A DNA stretch of 64,000 nt, taken from the NCBI RefSeq assembly GCF_037042905.1, contig NC_087260.1, positions 17,856,001-17,920,000 on the forward strand, read 5' to 3'. The DNA is from Lytechinus pictus (lineage: Eukaryota). Position numbers and translations under genes: made by a program. The first letter of the stretch is position 1. Every line of letters starts with the position of its first letter. Positions 14,592 to 27,200 of this stretch are shown here, piece by piece. A model generated the notes under the pieces. It had not been told where the DNA came from and did not search any database. It was given only the letters and a program-made list of their open reading frames with translations.

Positions 14592-15026
14592 TATACAAAG
14601 GGAATCGGGAAAAGCGTATGGAGAATAAAAGGAACAAAAAAAAGAAGGATGAAATAAGAAAAATATAAAGGCAGATAGAAGTCAGAGAAAGAGAGAGAGA
14701 TAAAATATGATACTTGCGAAATAAAAACTGAAAATGGAAAAATTTATCTTACATGCGTCTACCAGCATAATTTTTATTGTCGTTTAAAATTGATATTGTT
14801 AAGTCCGGCAAATTTGTTGATAGGTTCAGGTGACAATATTCACAAAGGCATTAAATTACCCTCCAATTCAATCAAAATACTAGACGAATCGTTTTCACTG
14901 GCGTGTATGAACATTTTGGTGACTTTCTTTGTTTTATTTTAAATCTTGCTATCCACATCATTTCGAATATTTTGCCGTTTTAAGTATCTTTTCCCGTTGG
15001 CAATGGTTGGGTGTGACTGACCTATG

Positions 15027-15152
15027 CAGGGGCCGCGGAAGCGTGTACAAAAACGTAAAAATGACCATAGGATTGTGATTTTTTGCATGGTCAGCCCCCC
15101 CCCCACACTTTTGGCTCAGCCCCCCACTTTGAAAACCGTTTCGCGGCCCCTG
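15027..15152. mobile_element. Short MITE (CAGGGGCCGCG TIR family); a related copy lies at ~16405-16572
   Basis: CAGGGGCCGCGGAA ... TTTCGCGGCCCCTG; no clear TSD. Confidence 0.6.
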
Positions 15153-17117
15153 CTATAAACCCGAGATTGAACGAGTGAAAGATGAATTACTACATAAAAT
15201 GCGATTATAAAGCAAAATTTAGGGAATTGATTCTTTAGGTCCGCTTTGTTCACATATATAATTTCTCTTTCTTTATTTTATTGGGGAAAAAATAGAATAC
15301 AAAGTATTCATTACATGCTGGCTGATTCGAGGATCAGGCTTTTGTTGTACAAAGCCAGTTTAATGATGTATAGGCCTACATAATATAAAATTTAAAAAGG
15401 CAACATACAGATCGAATTTCAAGGGCAACCTCAAAAGAGATGGCCTCCATAGTTTCTATTACCCTAAGATATACTGGTATGAAACAAGATGAAAATGAAG
15501 TAAAGTCTATGCTGATATCATGTATTTAAAAAAAAACATTGCCACGACTAAATCTGGTCGCGCAATTTGTATCTTTGTATCAGCATAAATATATGCTAAG
15601 GGTAAAACCATTTTAACCAGGGGGGACCGAAGATTATTTTGATGGAGGAGGGGGCAAGTCGACATGAAGATGACATACTTTTTGTTCTCAATTGAATAAT
15701 ACGTACTTAGTGCATGATGCTGAAAAGTTAGCGAACCCCACCTGAAAATGAACATATTTCAAGTGTTTGTATAAGTTCTGACATGTTGATATTTAATTGT
15801 GAAGTCAGTAATTGACATATTACTTTCAATAAAGCTTGTTTCTCTGGGCTCGCCAAACATTGTTGTGTTGTTGTCTACATTCAACACTCAGCATATAAAG
15901 GAATGCATTTTCTGGTGGGGGTCACTAACTTTTTAGCACCACTGTATTATGACATGAAAATTAGGAGGGGGTAAGAGCCCAACTTATGACGCCGCCCCTG
16001 ATTATAACAGTTGAATGACAAGAATTTCTCACATAGTGATTTTAATACCGGTCTGCACATGTGCATGGTGTGTGGGCCCATAGAATTACAGTTCCTATTA
16101 TATATTTTCTGAACAGGAAACAACTTCGACAACTATAGGTCCCCAATTATATAGGTCCCAAATACCTTAGCGTTGTAGGACAGGGGTGTGAATAGTTACC
16201 CCCACTTGAATCCCAGTCCCCTGACTAAGTATGGGTGTTAAATTCGCATTTTGCTATGTCTTTAAAAAAAAATATATCAATATAATTATGCAATCATTAT
16301 TGTCACACGATTATGGGAACCAGTATACTAAACCTGCATGGAATAAAGGAGATAAACGGGCAAACATCACTGATATTTGAAAAACTATATGATCCAAACA
16401 AGGCCAGGGACCGCGGCAGGGGTTTTAAAAGTTGGGGGGCTGGGCCGAAAATGGGGGAGGGAGGTGGCTAACCTATGAAACAAGCACAATCAGATTTACT
16501 TATGGGATTTTCTTCACGTTTATTGAAAAAGTGGGAAGGCTACACCCCCACCCCGTGGTTCATCGGCCCCTGTAAACACTTATTATGATCAATGGAAACA
16601 GATATCAAATGAAAAACTATCGAGCTTAAAACTAATGAATGAAAAAAAGGAGAACAAAAACGTTATTTTGTTTTAATCATCATGACCCTTAATGGAAAGG
16701 ACTTGAACGAAATCCCATTATCATGATTAGAACTATAATACTGTATGCCTCGAGTCCATTTAGAAGTTTCCACATGAGCAGCTTTTTAGGTTTGACGAAT
16801 CAAACGCATACGTGCTCTCTGACACGTACCGTTTGATTAGGCCCCCAGTTTATAGCTTTTAAGCTTTTAGGCTAATCGAAACAACTATTTTAAAAAATAA
16901 CCCAATAGCGTGGATCTCACATCTCCAACAATTAAGTGTAATCATATGCTTAATACTCAATTGTAAAAAAAAAGAATAGAGAGAAAAAAATAAACGCTTC
17001 TTCGTTGACTAAGGGCAAAAATTAGTCTCACGACGTGTGAGTTTCAGAACGTTAGTTTCTTATTAATCATGTTATGTTTATTTTGCTAAATATAAATACA
17101 AGCATGTGACGATGGCC

Positions 17118-17263
17118 AGCTTTGCATTTTCAGTTTAAATATAAAGGTATATTCAAAACATTCGTGTATGTAATATAAAGGTATATTCAAAACATTCGTG
17201 TATGTAATACATACACGAATGTTTTGAATATACCTTTATATTTAAACTGAAAATGCAAAAGCT
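17118..17263. repeat. Near-perfect long inverted repeat with an internal 34-bp tandem duplication
   Basis: AGCTTTGCATTTTCAGTTTAAATATAAAGGTATATTCAAAACATTCGTGTATGTA ... TACATACACGAATGTTTTGAATATACCTTTATATTTAAACTGAAAATGCAAAAGCT. Confidence 0.9.
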
Positions 17264-17803
17264 ATGAGGATGAAATGTTATGGAGGAAAGAAAGGGCTTG
17301 TAATTTGGCTCTTTTCTTTCAAGAGAGTATATTTCCTAGAGAAAATTGAAGTATAGGTATGATTGGATTTTAATTATTTGTCATGTTTTAATATGAGAAT
17401 AATGTAATTAAATGTTTCGAATTATTTGGAGCCAATTCATTTCCAAATTATTGCAGCATTTAGGCATTGTGACTCTTTTATCATTAAGGTATTTACGAAA
17501 TATATAGGCCTACCTGTCGGTTTTCGTTTCGATTTTTTTTTTAATTAGCCTAGCACATCACCCGATTGCTCAGTCCACTCTTCCTCCACGTCTTCCACCC
17601 CCTCTCTTTCTCTCTCTCTCCGTCCTCTTTTCTTCAAAAGTGTGAGTAATGTTTACATGACGGACGGAGGGATGCATTTTCCACTATTATGTTGGAACAA
17701 GAGAACCAATATAGAGAGAGAGAAAAAAAAATAAGAGGAAGAGAAAAAGAGAACCTTGGGGTACAAGTTTGACGCCATGAATTACTAGCGTTTGTACATT
17801 GTT

Positions 17804-18025
17804 ATTGTGAAGTGAGTGTGACCGGATTGTTTTTTCGCAGGTAGGTATTTCTGCCACAAATATTTATGACGTATAGGGGCATACAACAAAGAGATATCAT
17901 TGAAGTATTAGTTTTTATATTGGGAAATACCTTTGGTATAAGCTGGTCATACGTCCAAGGTGAACAGTCGACAGGAATAAGCAACCCGCGCCAGCAGTGT
18001 GCAAGACAGCAGAAACAGTGTTTAA
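17804..18025 (+). promoter_or_regulatory. Conserved upstream block (promoter and/or non-coding first exon) of GPCR A
   Basis: Alignable with 34381-34570 upstream of GPCR B although the surrounding DNA is not; ends at a donor-like GTAAGT. Confidence 0.55.
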
Positions 18026-18915
18026 GTAAGTAATTATAGTGTACCTACAGTAAATCTACTTGATTGATCGAATGGTTCAAAGCTTCATTGACTAATCATG
18101 GAGTCATTTGTTGCTAATGTATATGTTAACCGAAATGTTATGGTACTGTAGGTTACAGGACTATTAATTTGATGTCCGAAGCTTCGAATGTAAATGACCT
18201 GAAGTAATTGTTGTAGCCTGCAAATAACACTGTACTTCCTGTCAATTTCCGTTCATATCATAAGTACTAAAGTATATAGACCTACATGGAAATTGATACA
18301 AAATACATTATACTGAATCAAGTAAAATCTACTATATCAAGTATAAAGATCCTGTTGTTCCGGTGCCTTCTTGCCACTACGTTATTGTCTTTTAAACTAA
18401 TGGGGTTTTTTTATCTTGATGCTACTATATTTCAATTTATATTTTCATTGGGATACAAAGTTGTTCGGGTTTTTCAAACCTTTTTAATTTTGTATCCCTT
18501 GACATGTTTTAGTTTGTATGTTTTATTTGTTTCAATTGATTAAAAAAATACGTTGTTATCTCGATGGTATCGTGATTTGAAGGGGCATCCCCCCAAAAAA
18601 AACTTTTAGTAGTAGTAGTAGTAATAGTACTAATAGTTTCACATTTTGAAACTGTTATCATACAATATTTCGCCCAATTTCAGGACATAATAATGCTTAA
18701 AGAAATATTTTGTCATGTATTTAATATCCACATTTTGTGATCAAATAAAATTGGAAATATTCGCGATTTTCCAGTTTTTCCATGAAACAGGTCGCCACCA
18801 AAGTCTACATTGCACCATGGTATTCTTCTTATGCCTAACTTCTTTAGAAATTGGAATCTACAAAAATTAATTCACGTTTCGTTGTCACTCCATCCTCTTT
18901 TACTTATTACCTATA

Positions 18916-20125
18916 CAGTGCGTATAAAAGAACGGGACAGTTTTGAAAAGTCTATAAAATATTTGTTTCAAATTATTTTATCTATATTTTGATGAATGCT
19001 CGAGATGTTATCTTTGAAATGCTATGTAAAAAAATAAATTTTGTTCATGCTTGAGCGAAGATGGGACGTTTTTGTCGGGGGTTCAAAAAGAGGCTTGCGC
19101 AAAAATGGCAGAAATGAGAAATTAAATTTATTTATTTACCTGAATTATTTTGATTTTCATTTAAACTTCTTTTACCTTTGAATTTTCCTTCATAAGTAAG
19201 AAAAGTAAACTTTTTGTCAACCCAAGTAAGAAGATTTGTATTATCAATTGGGAGAATTTGTAATTATTCAAATCCTTTTATTTTGTGAAACAAATTATGT
19301 TATGGTACCTATAAAAGACATGAATCCTATTGAATCCTTCACCAAGTTTATGTGCTTGACAGGACAAACAGGAAAGGATTCATGTCTTTCAACGGCAATG
19401 GTGTATTAAGTCAATTTTGAAGGAGCAAGATACGGCAGATCGGGTCAAATGTATTAAAAAGTTGTGAAGCCATCAAGGAAATATTTCCACTTTTTTTATT
19501 AAAATATAAAATTTTGTGATTTTGACATAAATATTCAGAAAATGATATCATATTTCGCTTTCTATGTTTTCTGTTATTTTCCTTCCACTTTTTTTTTCTT
19601 GGTCATGATTTTTTTTTGGGGGGGGGCACCTTAAGCCCCCACCCATCAGTATGCCACTGTTCAAAGGAACCATAACCTTTGTAGCACACAATCAAAGGAT
19701 TTGGAGAAAAATCACGCTCTCCCATACTTCGGTTAAAAAAAAATGTTCTTGCCTAAAGAAGGAATATTCAAAGCTAAAAGGAACAACAGAACAATTCAAG
19801 CAAATAAGTATATTTGGAAATGAATTTTGAACGCATAATTCGAAAATTATGGCAAAGATAATGAAAATGTTAAGAGGAAGTCTGCTGATTAGCAAGAAGT
19901 CCAACCATCATATTTATCATTTTATGCCATTTTGGCGCAAGCCTCCTTTTTAACCCCAGACAAAACATTCTGTGTTCGCTCAAGCATGAACGAAACTAAA
20001 TCATTTTAATGGCATTTGAAGGATAAGACTTCAGAGCACCTATTGACACCAAAATGTAGAGATCATAATTTGAAACAAAAAATGTATAGACTTTTCGAAT
20101 CTGTCCCGTTTTTTAATACGCACTA
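18916..20125. mobile_element. Tc1/mariner-like MITE with ~200-bp TIRs
   Basis: TA|CAGTGCGTATAAAAGAACGGGACAG... pairs with ...CTGTCCCGTTTTTTAATACGCACTA|TA. Inverted similarity extends to about 19120/19920. Confidence 0.8.
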
Positions 20126-20616
20126 TATACATGTATATGATTTCATCTTGAAATTCAATCCTACATCATTTCATGTCACCTGTTAAAGCTTTATGAACAT
20201 CCGTTTCATTTAATTCTGATTCCTTTCTGAAGGTGGTTCTTGTCGTGGGACTTTTTTCAATCTCAAAGCTGTACGTAGCCTCGTACCTCGTTCCCACTCA
20301 AGATTCGTACCACGATGTAAACCATGGTCTGCATCGTGGAGCAATCGTACTGATCGTGTCAGATCTTGAGGTCATTCGTAGCGATCGTCGTGATTGTGAA
20401 ATAAATTTTGGACGGCTCAAAATCTTTCGCGATCGATCAGCCACAAAAGGCCAATCGTAGTGGATCGAACGACAGTGGGATAGAAGTATAAGTTTGAAAG
20501 TAGATTTCAGATTTTACTATATTGAGTGCTGAGGAATGTTGATCGACTTTGTGGAATATTTTACAAGCAAAAGTTTAAGTTCATGTTCAAGCTCAAGTTT
20601 ATTTTTGTTCCGTTTC

Positions 20617-20710
20617 CATCATATACATCGTTTACATAAGCAAATACAGATACAAAACATCATATACATCGTTTACATAAACAAATACAGATATAAAACA
20701 TCATATACAT
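20617..20710. repeat. ~42-bp tandem repeat (about 2.3 copies)
   Basis: CATCATATACATCGTTTACATAA(G/A)CAAATACAGATA(C/T)AAAA repeated. Confidence 0.8.
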
Positions 20711-21222
20711 AGACGAATACAAATACTGAACATATCAAATATGAATACCCTCTAGCGATTATTTCAATCCGCAATAATGAACCTATTTAGTATTATATCA
20801 AATATAATTACAAAGCAACTGCAGATAAATCGTAAAAGATTAAACAATAGTAATTCCTATTTAGGCCTAAGGGGGATTTCAAGTTGAATTGATTCAGCAT
20901 CATCATTTAATCAATTACAAATAACATAGAAGCATGTGAGAGGATGAGGCATACCCTAGTAAAAAAACACATGCAGTGCTTGAGATTTTTTTTACTTGGC
21001 TTTTCATTGCAGACTTATCTTTGAACATTTTTAATTGGCTCCAACTATACGTGTCATGCTCATGCGCAAACAGGGAGTAGTTCTGCGCAAAGGCACAAAG
21101 CAATATTTCTGCCAAAAATACCGCTTGTCGCAAGTTTGTACGCTGCATATTTAAGCCACCGCACAGGCACAGACATGCAACTTATTGATTACTTTTTTTC
21201 ACTTAGAAATAACCACAACAAC

Positions 21223-24200
21223 ATGACGAGCATGATGACTTTACGAACCGTCTTGATGACGATGACGACTATGCTGGACCTCATCGCAGGGAAGACGACA
21301 TCGATACCGCTCCCGGGAACCACTTTAATTACCTTTCCGCCACCATCTTTTTCTCCTGATGAAGGACATTTTTTCCCCTTTTCGACGCCCCCAACCATGT
21401 CAACAGGCATGACAACACGTAAGTAAGAGCAATTTAATCTACCGTATCTACCATGTCCACATTTGCTTTTATTCTAAGCCCTGGGAAGCCAAAATGCAAC
21501 ACATTTTTCAAGTAGACCATGTAGACGATCAAAATAGATTTGACACTAAAATCAAACTGCCTTGAATACTAAAATGAAAAAAAAATATTGTGCTCAACTA
21601 TCAATGCATGGGACGATAGCCCGATAAACACAAGAAGAATAAAGTGTAAACTATTGTCGTTCATGTGGTTTAATTTATACTATTAATGCTTGAACTAGCT
21701 ATCGATGGCCGTGTTTTTGCTCTTGTGAATGCCTCAGGTGGAAAGAAGATTTAAAAAAAAAACTTATTACATAAATCCAGGTTTTGGAAAGATTTTGACT
21801 TGTCAAAGATTGTCTCTGCTTGGACTACCAATGGTCATGTTTTTTTTTTTTGCTCTTGTTAGATTATAAATTGTGAATTGACCCTGATGGACTCATTCTT
21901 ATTTTTTCCCTTTATCTTTAGATCTGCCTTTTTTGTATTGTAACTCATTTTAATGGCTTTATTATGTGTGTTGCATGTGTAGCAGGCAAATTTCTAACCA
22001 AAGCTCATGTGATATACAAAATAATGTATGCATGTCTTGCCATAAAGTTGTTTCTGAATACCTTTTTGTGAATCAAATTCTGTTGACTGTAAATAGTCAC
22101 TGGCGTAAATCCCGGGGGGATGGGGGGATATATCCCCCCACTTTTCGAGGAGGGGGGGGGGATGGCCTGTACAAACATCCCCCACTTTTTACGAAAGAAA
22201 TGAAAAAAAAATCACAAGAGATAATTGTTTTATTGGTGAAAATTCTTCCAAAAATACCGCTTAACAAATAAAATAATATTATTGAATCATTAAATGCAAA
22301 TAAAGAGCCAGTTCACCATTTCCAAACGAAATACTTATGTCCTTATTATAACATTGAAGAGATACACCCGTTTCTTCCAATTCATCAATGTTGGGGTCTT
22401 TGGGAAGGGATTAAGACGGAATGTCAAAATTTTTTGAATGTAATCTCTAATAAAACCATTAAACCATCATGGGGTAAAAAAGATAATAATATTGGAGGGG
22501 TATTTGCCATATGGACATACAGTGGCGTAACTACGGGGGACATGGGGGGCACATCCCCCCCCCCCCATCGGCTGACCAAAAAAAAACGGGGAAAGGGGGA
22601 AAAGGAGAAAAGGGGGAGAAAGGAAGAGAAACGTAGTGGGAAAGAAGAAAATATTATTCATTATAATGTTATATAATATTATAATTATGTTAAGTTACAT
22701 TACATAAGAAACATTTTTATCATAACTTTATGAAACATAATTTTCCCAGGGCCTAAGTACGTCTTCATTGTTCCTGGTGCTCGCATCGTCTGTTTAACGA
22801 GATATATAATCCTGTTGTACTAAAACATCCCGTTTTCAAGTCAATATAAACCAAATATATTTCCTAGCACTTGAGTTATCATTTCATGACTCAAAAGTGA
22901 TTGCCCCATGTTAAGGTCTTCGTATATATGAAACATTTTCTGTCCGTGATAACGTTCGCATTAATTAGTGGATTGGTGAGATATGTCTGCTCTTCATGAA
23001 TTCCTAAAATCTGTCCTTAAAATGTCCCTTCTTCTGATCTGAATATCAAAAATTTTCAGCTCGCGCTTCGCGCTCGCATCATTTGGTTAATGAAATACGT
23101 ATGGTCCTAGTTGATTCCTACAAAGTAAACCTTAGAATGCCCAACTTCAGGTCTGAATTATCTAAGTTTTCAGCTCGCGCTTCGCGCTCGCATTGTTAAG
23201 CGAGACAGGTACCTATCATGATTACACAAATTTGATTATAATGTCCCTTTTTAGGTGTGAATATAAAAAAAATTCAGCTCGCGCTTCGCGCTCGCATTAT
23301 TTGATCAGTGAGATACATATCCGTTTAATGACATTGTCCTTAAAATGTCTCTATTAGGTCACTCACTCAGTCATTCAAAAATTTTGCTGGTGCCCCCCCC
23401 CCCAATGCCGTGACCCACGGTACGCCACTGTGGACATATCAATGACAATTCCTTGCATATCTAAAAACATGATTGCAAAAAATGCCAAAATATTTCAGTC
23501 ATCCCCCCACCCATCAACACGGATTTACGCCAGTGGTAAATACTATGTTCCAACTGAATTCAATATCTTATGTAACTCTTTGAAAGCAAATATTACATTC
23601 GCATTTGTTCACTTTAATTGTTATAGTCTCAAATTCTTTTTTTGAAAATGTCCAAACATTTCTTTAAAGTTGCAAATGTAATTTCACAGTTATTGGTGTC
23701 AGTGAAACATGGCTTAATGAAAGAGAGAATTCTTTTTAGTTACCTAATTATACTTTTCACAATATCAGTCGCCAAAATAGACGAGGAGGTGGAGTAGATG
23801 TTTATATTCAGAATGATATTAATTCTATAAGAGGGTTTGACCTAGAAATATAAAAGAAAGATATTCTTTTTTTATAATATTATACATGAAAATAAAGAAT
23901 GTTTCTTATTAGGTGACTTTAATGTTAATTTATTAGAAGTCTCGCCTTATATGAATAGATTTACTGATACAATGTCATCTCACACTTTTTCACCTTTAAT
24001 ATCAAAAGCAACCAGAATAACTTTTACTTCTGCCACTCTTCTGGATGACATTTTTACACTCAATCCTTCTAGGCTACTTAAATCTTGAATATTTGTAACA
24101 GATATAAGTGATAATTTTCCTGTTTTCGATTTTGCAAATTTCCACTGCACTCAAGCACCATCCCATATTTTCAAACGCATTATTAATGAAAGGTCTATAT

Positions 24201-27200
24201 GTTAGAGTTCGTATCACTTTTGTCTGGAGTTTATTGGAGTGATGTATATTTACACTATGATGCTTCAGATAGATTCTACTGTTTTTTAGACAAATATATC
24301 TCTATATATTACAAATGTTTTCCCTTTAAAAATTGGAACAAATAATAAACTTAATCCCAAGCCTTGGTTTAATACTTTTCTTAAACAAATGTGTAATGAA
24401 AAATATTCCCTTTTTCGTAAATTTAAAAGAAATCCTACAGCTTATCGGGAAAAAACATACAAACAGTATAGAAAATAAAGTGATTTCGGAAATTCGGAAA
24501 AGAAAACTTAAATATTACCCTAAGCAATTTCAGAGTGCTCAAGGAAATATTTAAAATACTTGGAAAGTGATAAATAACGTTTTGAATTTCAATGAATCTA
24601 AAAAAAAATCAACACAGTGTGAAGCTATTGAAGTTGATGGTTCTATGATTGTAGATTAATTAGTTATTGCAGATAAATTTAATGATTCTATTTAGTTCAA
24701 TAGTAGAAAAGATTGTCAATGAAATACCTAATTGCAATGAAAATTTCAACAGTTTCTTGCCAAATCAGTGTCCCAATACAATGTTTTTTCAACCCATATC
24801 ATATACAAATATTTTTAACATGACCTTAAGCATGTTAAGGATTGAAAGAGTTCATGTCACAATGGTCTTGACGTCAAAGTCTTTGAGAAGTCCATTTATT
24901 TTATCCTAGATCCATTATGTAATGTTCTCAATCTTTCCCTTGAACAAATGTATTTCCCAACTGTTCGAAAATTGCTAGGGTTGTTCCTATATTCAAAAAG
25001 ACATCGGTATATTTTGAATAACTATAGACCCATTTCTATACTTTCTGTTTTCTCTAAACTTTTGGTGGAGAAATTAGTATACAACAGAATTTTTACTTTT
25101 ATTTCGAAAAATGATATATCATATCATCGTCAATTTGGTTTCAGACAAGTACTTTCTACACATATGGCATTATTAGAATTCACAAATAAAATATCGGAAG
25201 CTTTTGAAAGATAGAGAATTTCTTATAGGCATATTTTTAGATCTTTCCAAAGCTTTCGATTGCATTAACCACCAAATTTTATTACAAAAATTGCAATGTA
25301 ATGGAATCCGAGGTACATTTTTGAAATGGTTCTATAGTTATTTAAGCAATCGAAAACAATACACAAATTTTGACGTTTTTAATTCAAATTTATTAAATAT
25401 TAATATAGGCGTTCCGCAAGGTTCGGTCCTCGTACCCCTTCTCTTTATATTATTTATCAATGATCTTCATTCTGTGTCACATCATTTGTTTTCAAAAATT
25501 TTTGCTGATGATACTAATTTTTTTATATCTGGCAAAAATAGTAGAGAAATCATTAGAATTCTTGATTCCGAGTTGACAAATATACATGGTTCTCGTGCAA
25601 TAAGTTAATGATAAATCTTAATAAGACTTGTGATATAATGTATATATGGAAGTATATATACATAATTACAAAATCAAGAATTTAACTCAGACTAAATTTT
25701 TAGGTTAAGTCATAGATGATAAATTAAGTTGGAAAGAACATGTTAATGATACTTGTTGTAAAATGTCAAAATATATTGGTGCAATGTATCGTCTTAAACA
25801 ATTTAAACCAAAACAAATACTGTTAACTTTATATAATACTATTGCCTTACATTACTTACTGTAACATTGTATGGGGCCATATTATGCCAAATATTTTTCC
25901 AATAGAATAACTATACTCCAAAAACGTGCAATTAGAATTATAAGCAATACTCACCCTCTTTCACCAACTGCTTCTCTTTTTTGTCAATACAGAATTTTGA
26001 GAGCTACAGAAATATGTGAAATCCTAACAGTTTTATGTTTCTTTCCTTTAAAAATCTTGCCTGACACTTTCAATAATATATCTTTATCTGACAACTCGAC
26101 TCGCAGATATGAAACTAGGTCATCTGTTACATGTAGTATGCGTCTCCCTTTATTTAGATATATATTTTTCTCATACAACTATAAAATATTCAGGACCTAA
26201 ATGTTGGAACAGTGTACCATACAATTTGAAAGCTTGTAACACACTTGCATCATTTAAACGTAACTATAAATTATGTATTCTGAAAAGATTCACATTTACA
26301 ACTTAGAATGCCTGCTTAGGGGGGGGGGGTCCTTTTTTAAATACTTATTTGTGATTGTTTTGATGTTTTTTTATATCTATCTTTTTTAACCATATGACTC
26401 AGGGAGCAACCTCGATAGGTTTTTGACCTTTGTTGCTCCCCCACATTCTAGACATATTATATTTTTTTGTATATTTTGTACTTCGCTTTTTATTCTGCTT
26501 TGTATTCTGATGTTATGTGATTTTCCTCTGTAATGGTGTCTTTGACATCTTTTATGTACGAATGTGGAAATAAATTTTATGAACTTTACTTTTATGAACT
26601 ATTGTCCAGAAAATATTAACATTAAAAAGGAAGGTGATAGTAGCTTAGAGTTCATACGGTCACAAAGTAAGAATTCCACATCAAAAGAACTATAATCCGT
26701 TTCCCCTCAGTTAAAAATCAGTCGCCTTAAGCTACTTTTTTTCTATTTCCAATACAGGGCATAGACAAACACAAGGAGTTGCAGCTCCATTTGATCTCAA
26801 TCCTTACCGTACAACAAAAGCCCCGCCTTATTCTCCAAGAACTAAACTCGTCATCGGGTGTCCTCATGGCTTCGATCAGATCTCAACCCCTTGCCGATCA
26901 CCAGAGAACGAGCAGCAACATTGGCCGGAATGCGACAGTGCAACTCTACACATACTGCAGAGATTCAGTGTGGACGGGTACGAATCATGTTTGGAAGCTG
27001 CTCTAGCCATCCTTGGAAACCTGGGACCCTATGCCATCAGTGAATGGAATGAAACAACTGCTCTCAGGTACCAAGTTGCTACCACAAATTGGTGGGGCTT
27101 GACCAATGTCACAAACGAACATCTTCTGCAGGATAGAATAGCAACTGCACTAGAAGAAGAGCTTAGTAATGTTTGGAGTAGTCGTTGTGCAGATTTCATC

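Larger units (their letters stand above)
21780..26600 (+). mobile_element. Decayed non-LTR retrotransposon (CR1/L2/Crack group) in an intron of GPCR A
   Basis: Frameshifted remnants occur in order: ORF1 C-terminal-like SAWTTNGHVF (~21815); APE endonuclease motifs FVHFN (~23605), GVSETWL (~23695), LGDFNVN (~23908); RT motifs NYRPISIL, QFGFR, FLDLSKAFDCINH, GVPQGSVL, FADDT (25020-25520). The 3' end has a hairpin and AATAAA plus TTTTATGAACT repeats (~26570-26600). It is interrupted by nested MITEs at 22098-23535. The 5' boundary is approximate. Confidence 0.85.
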
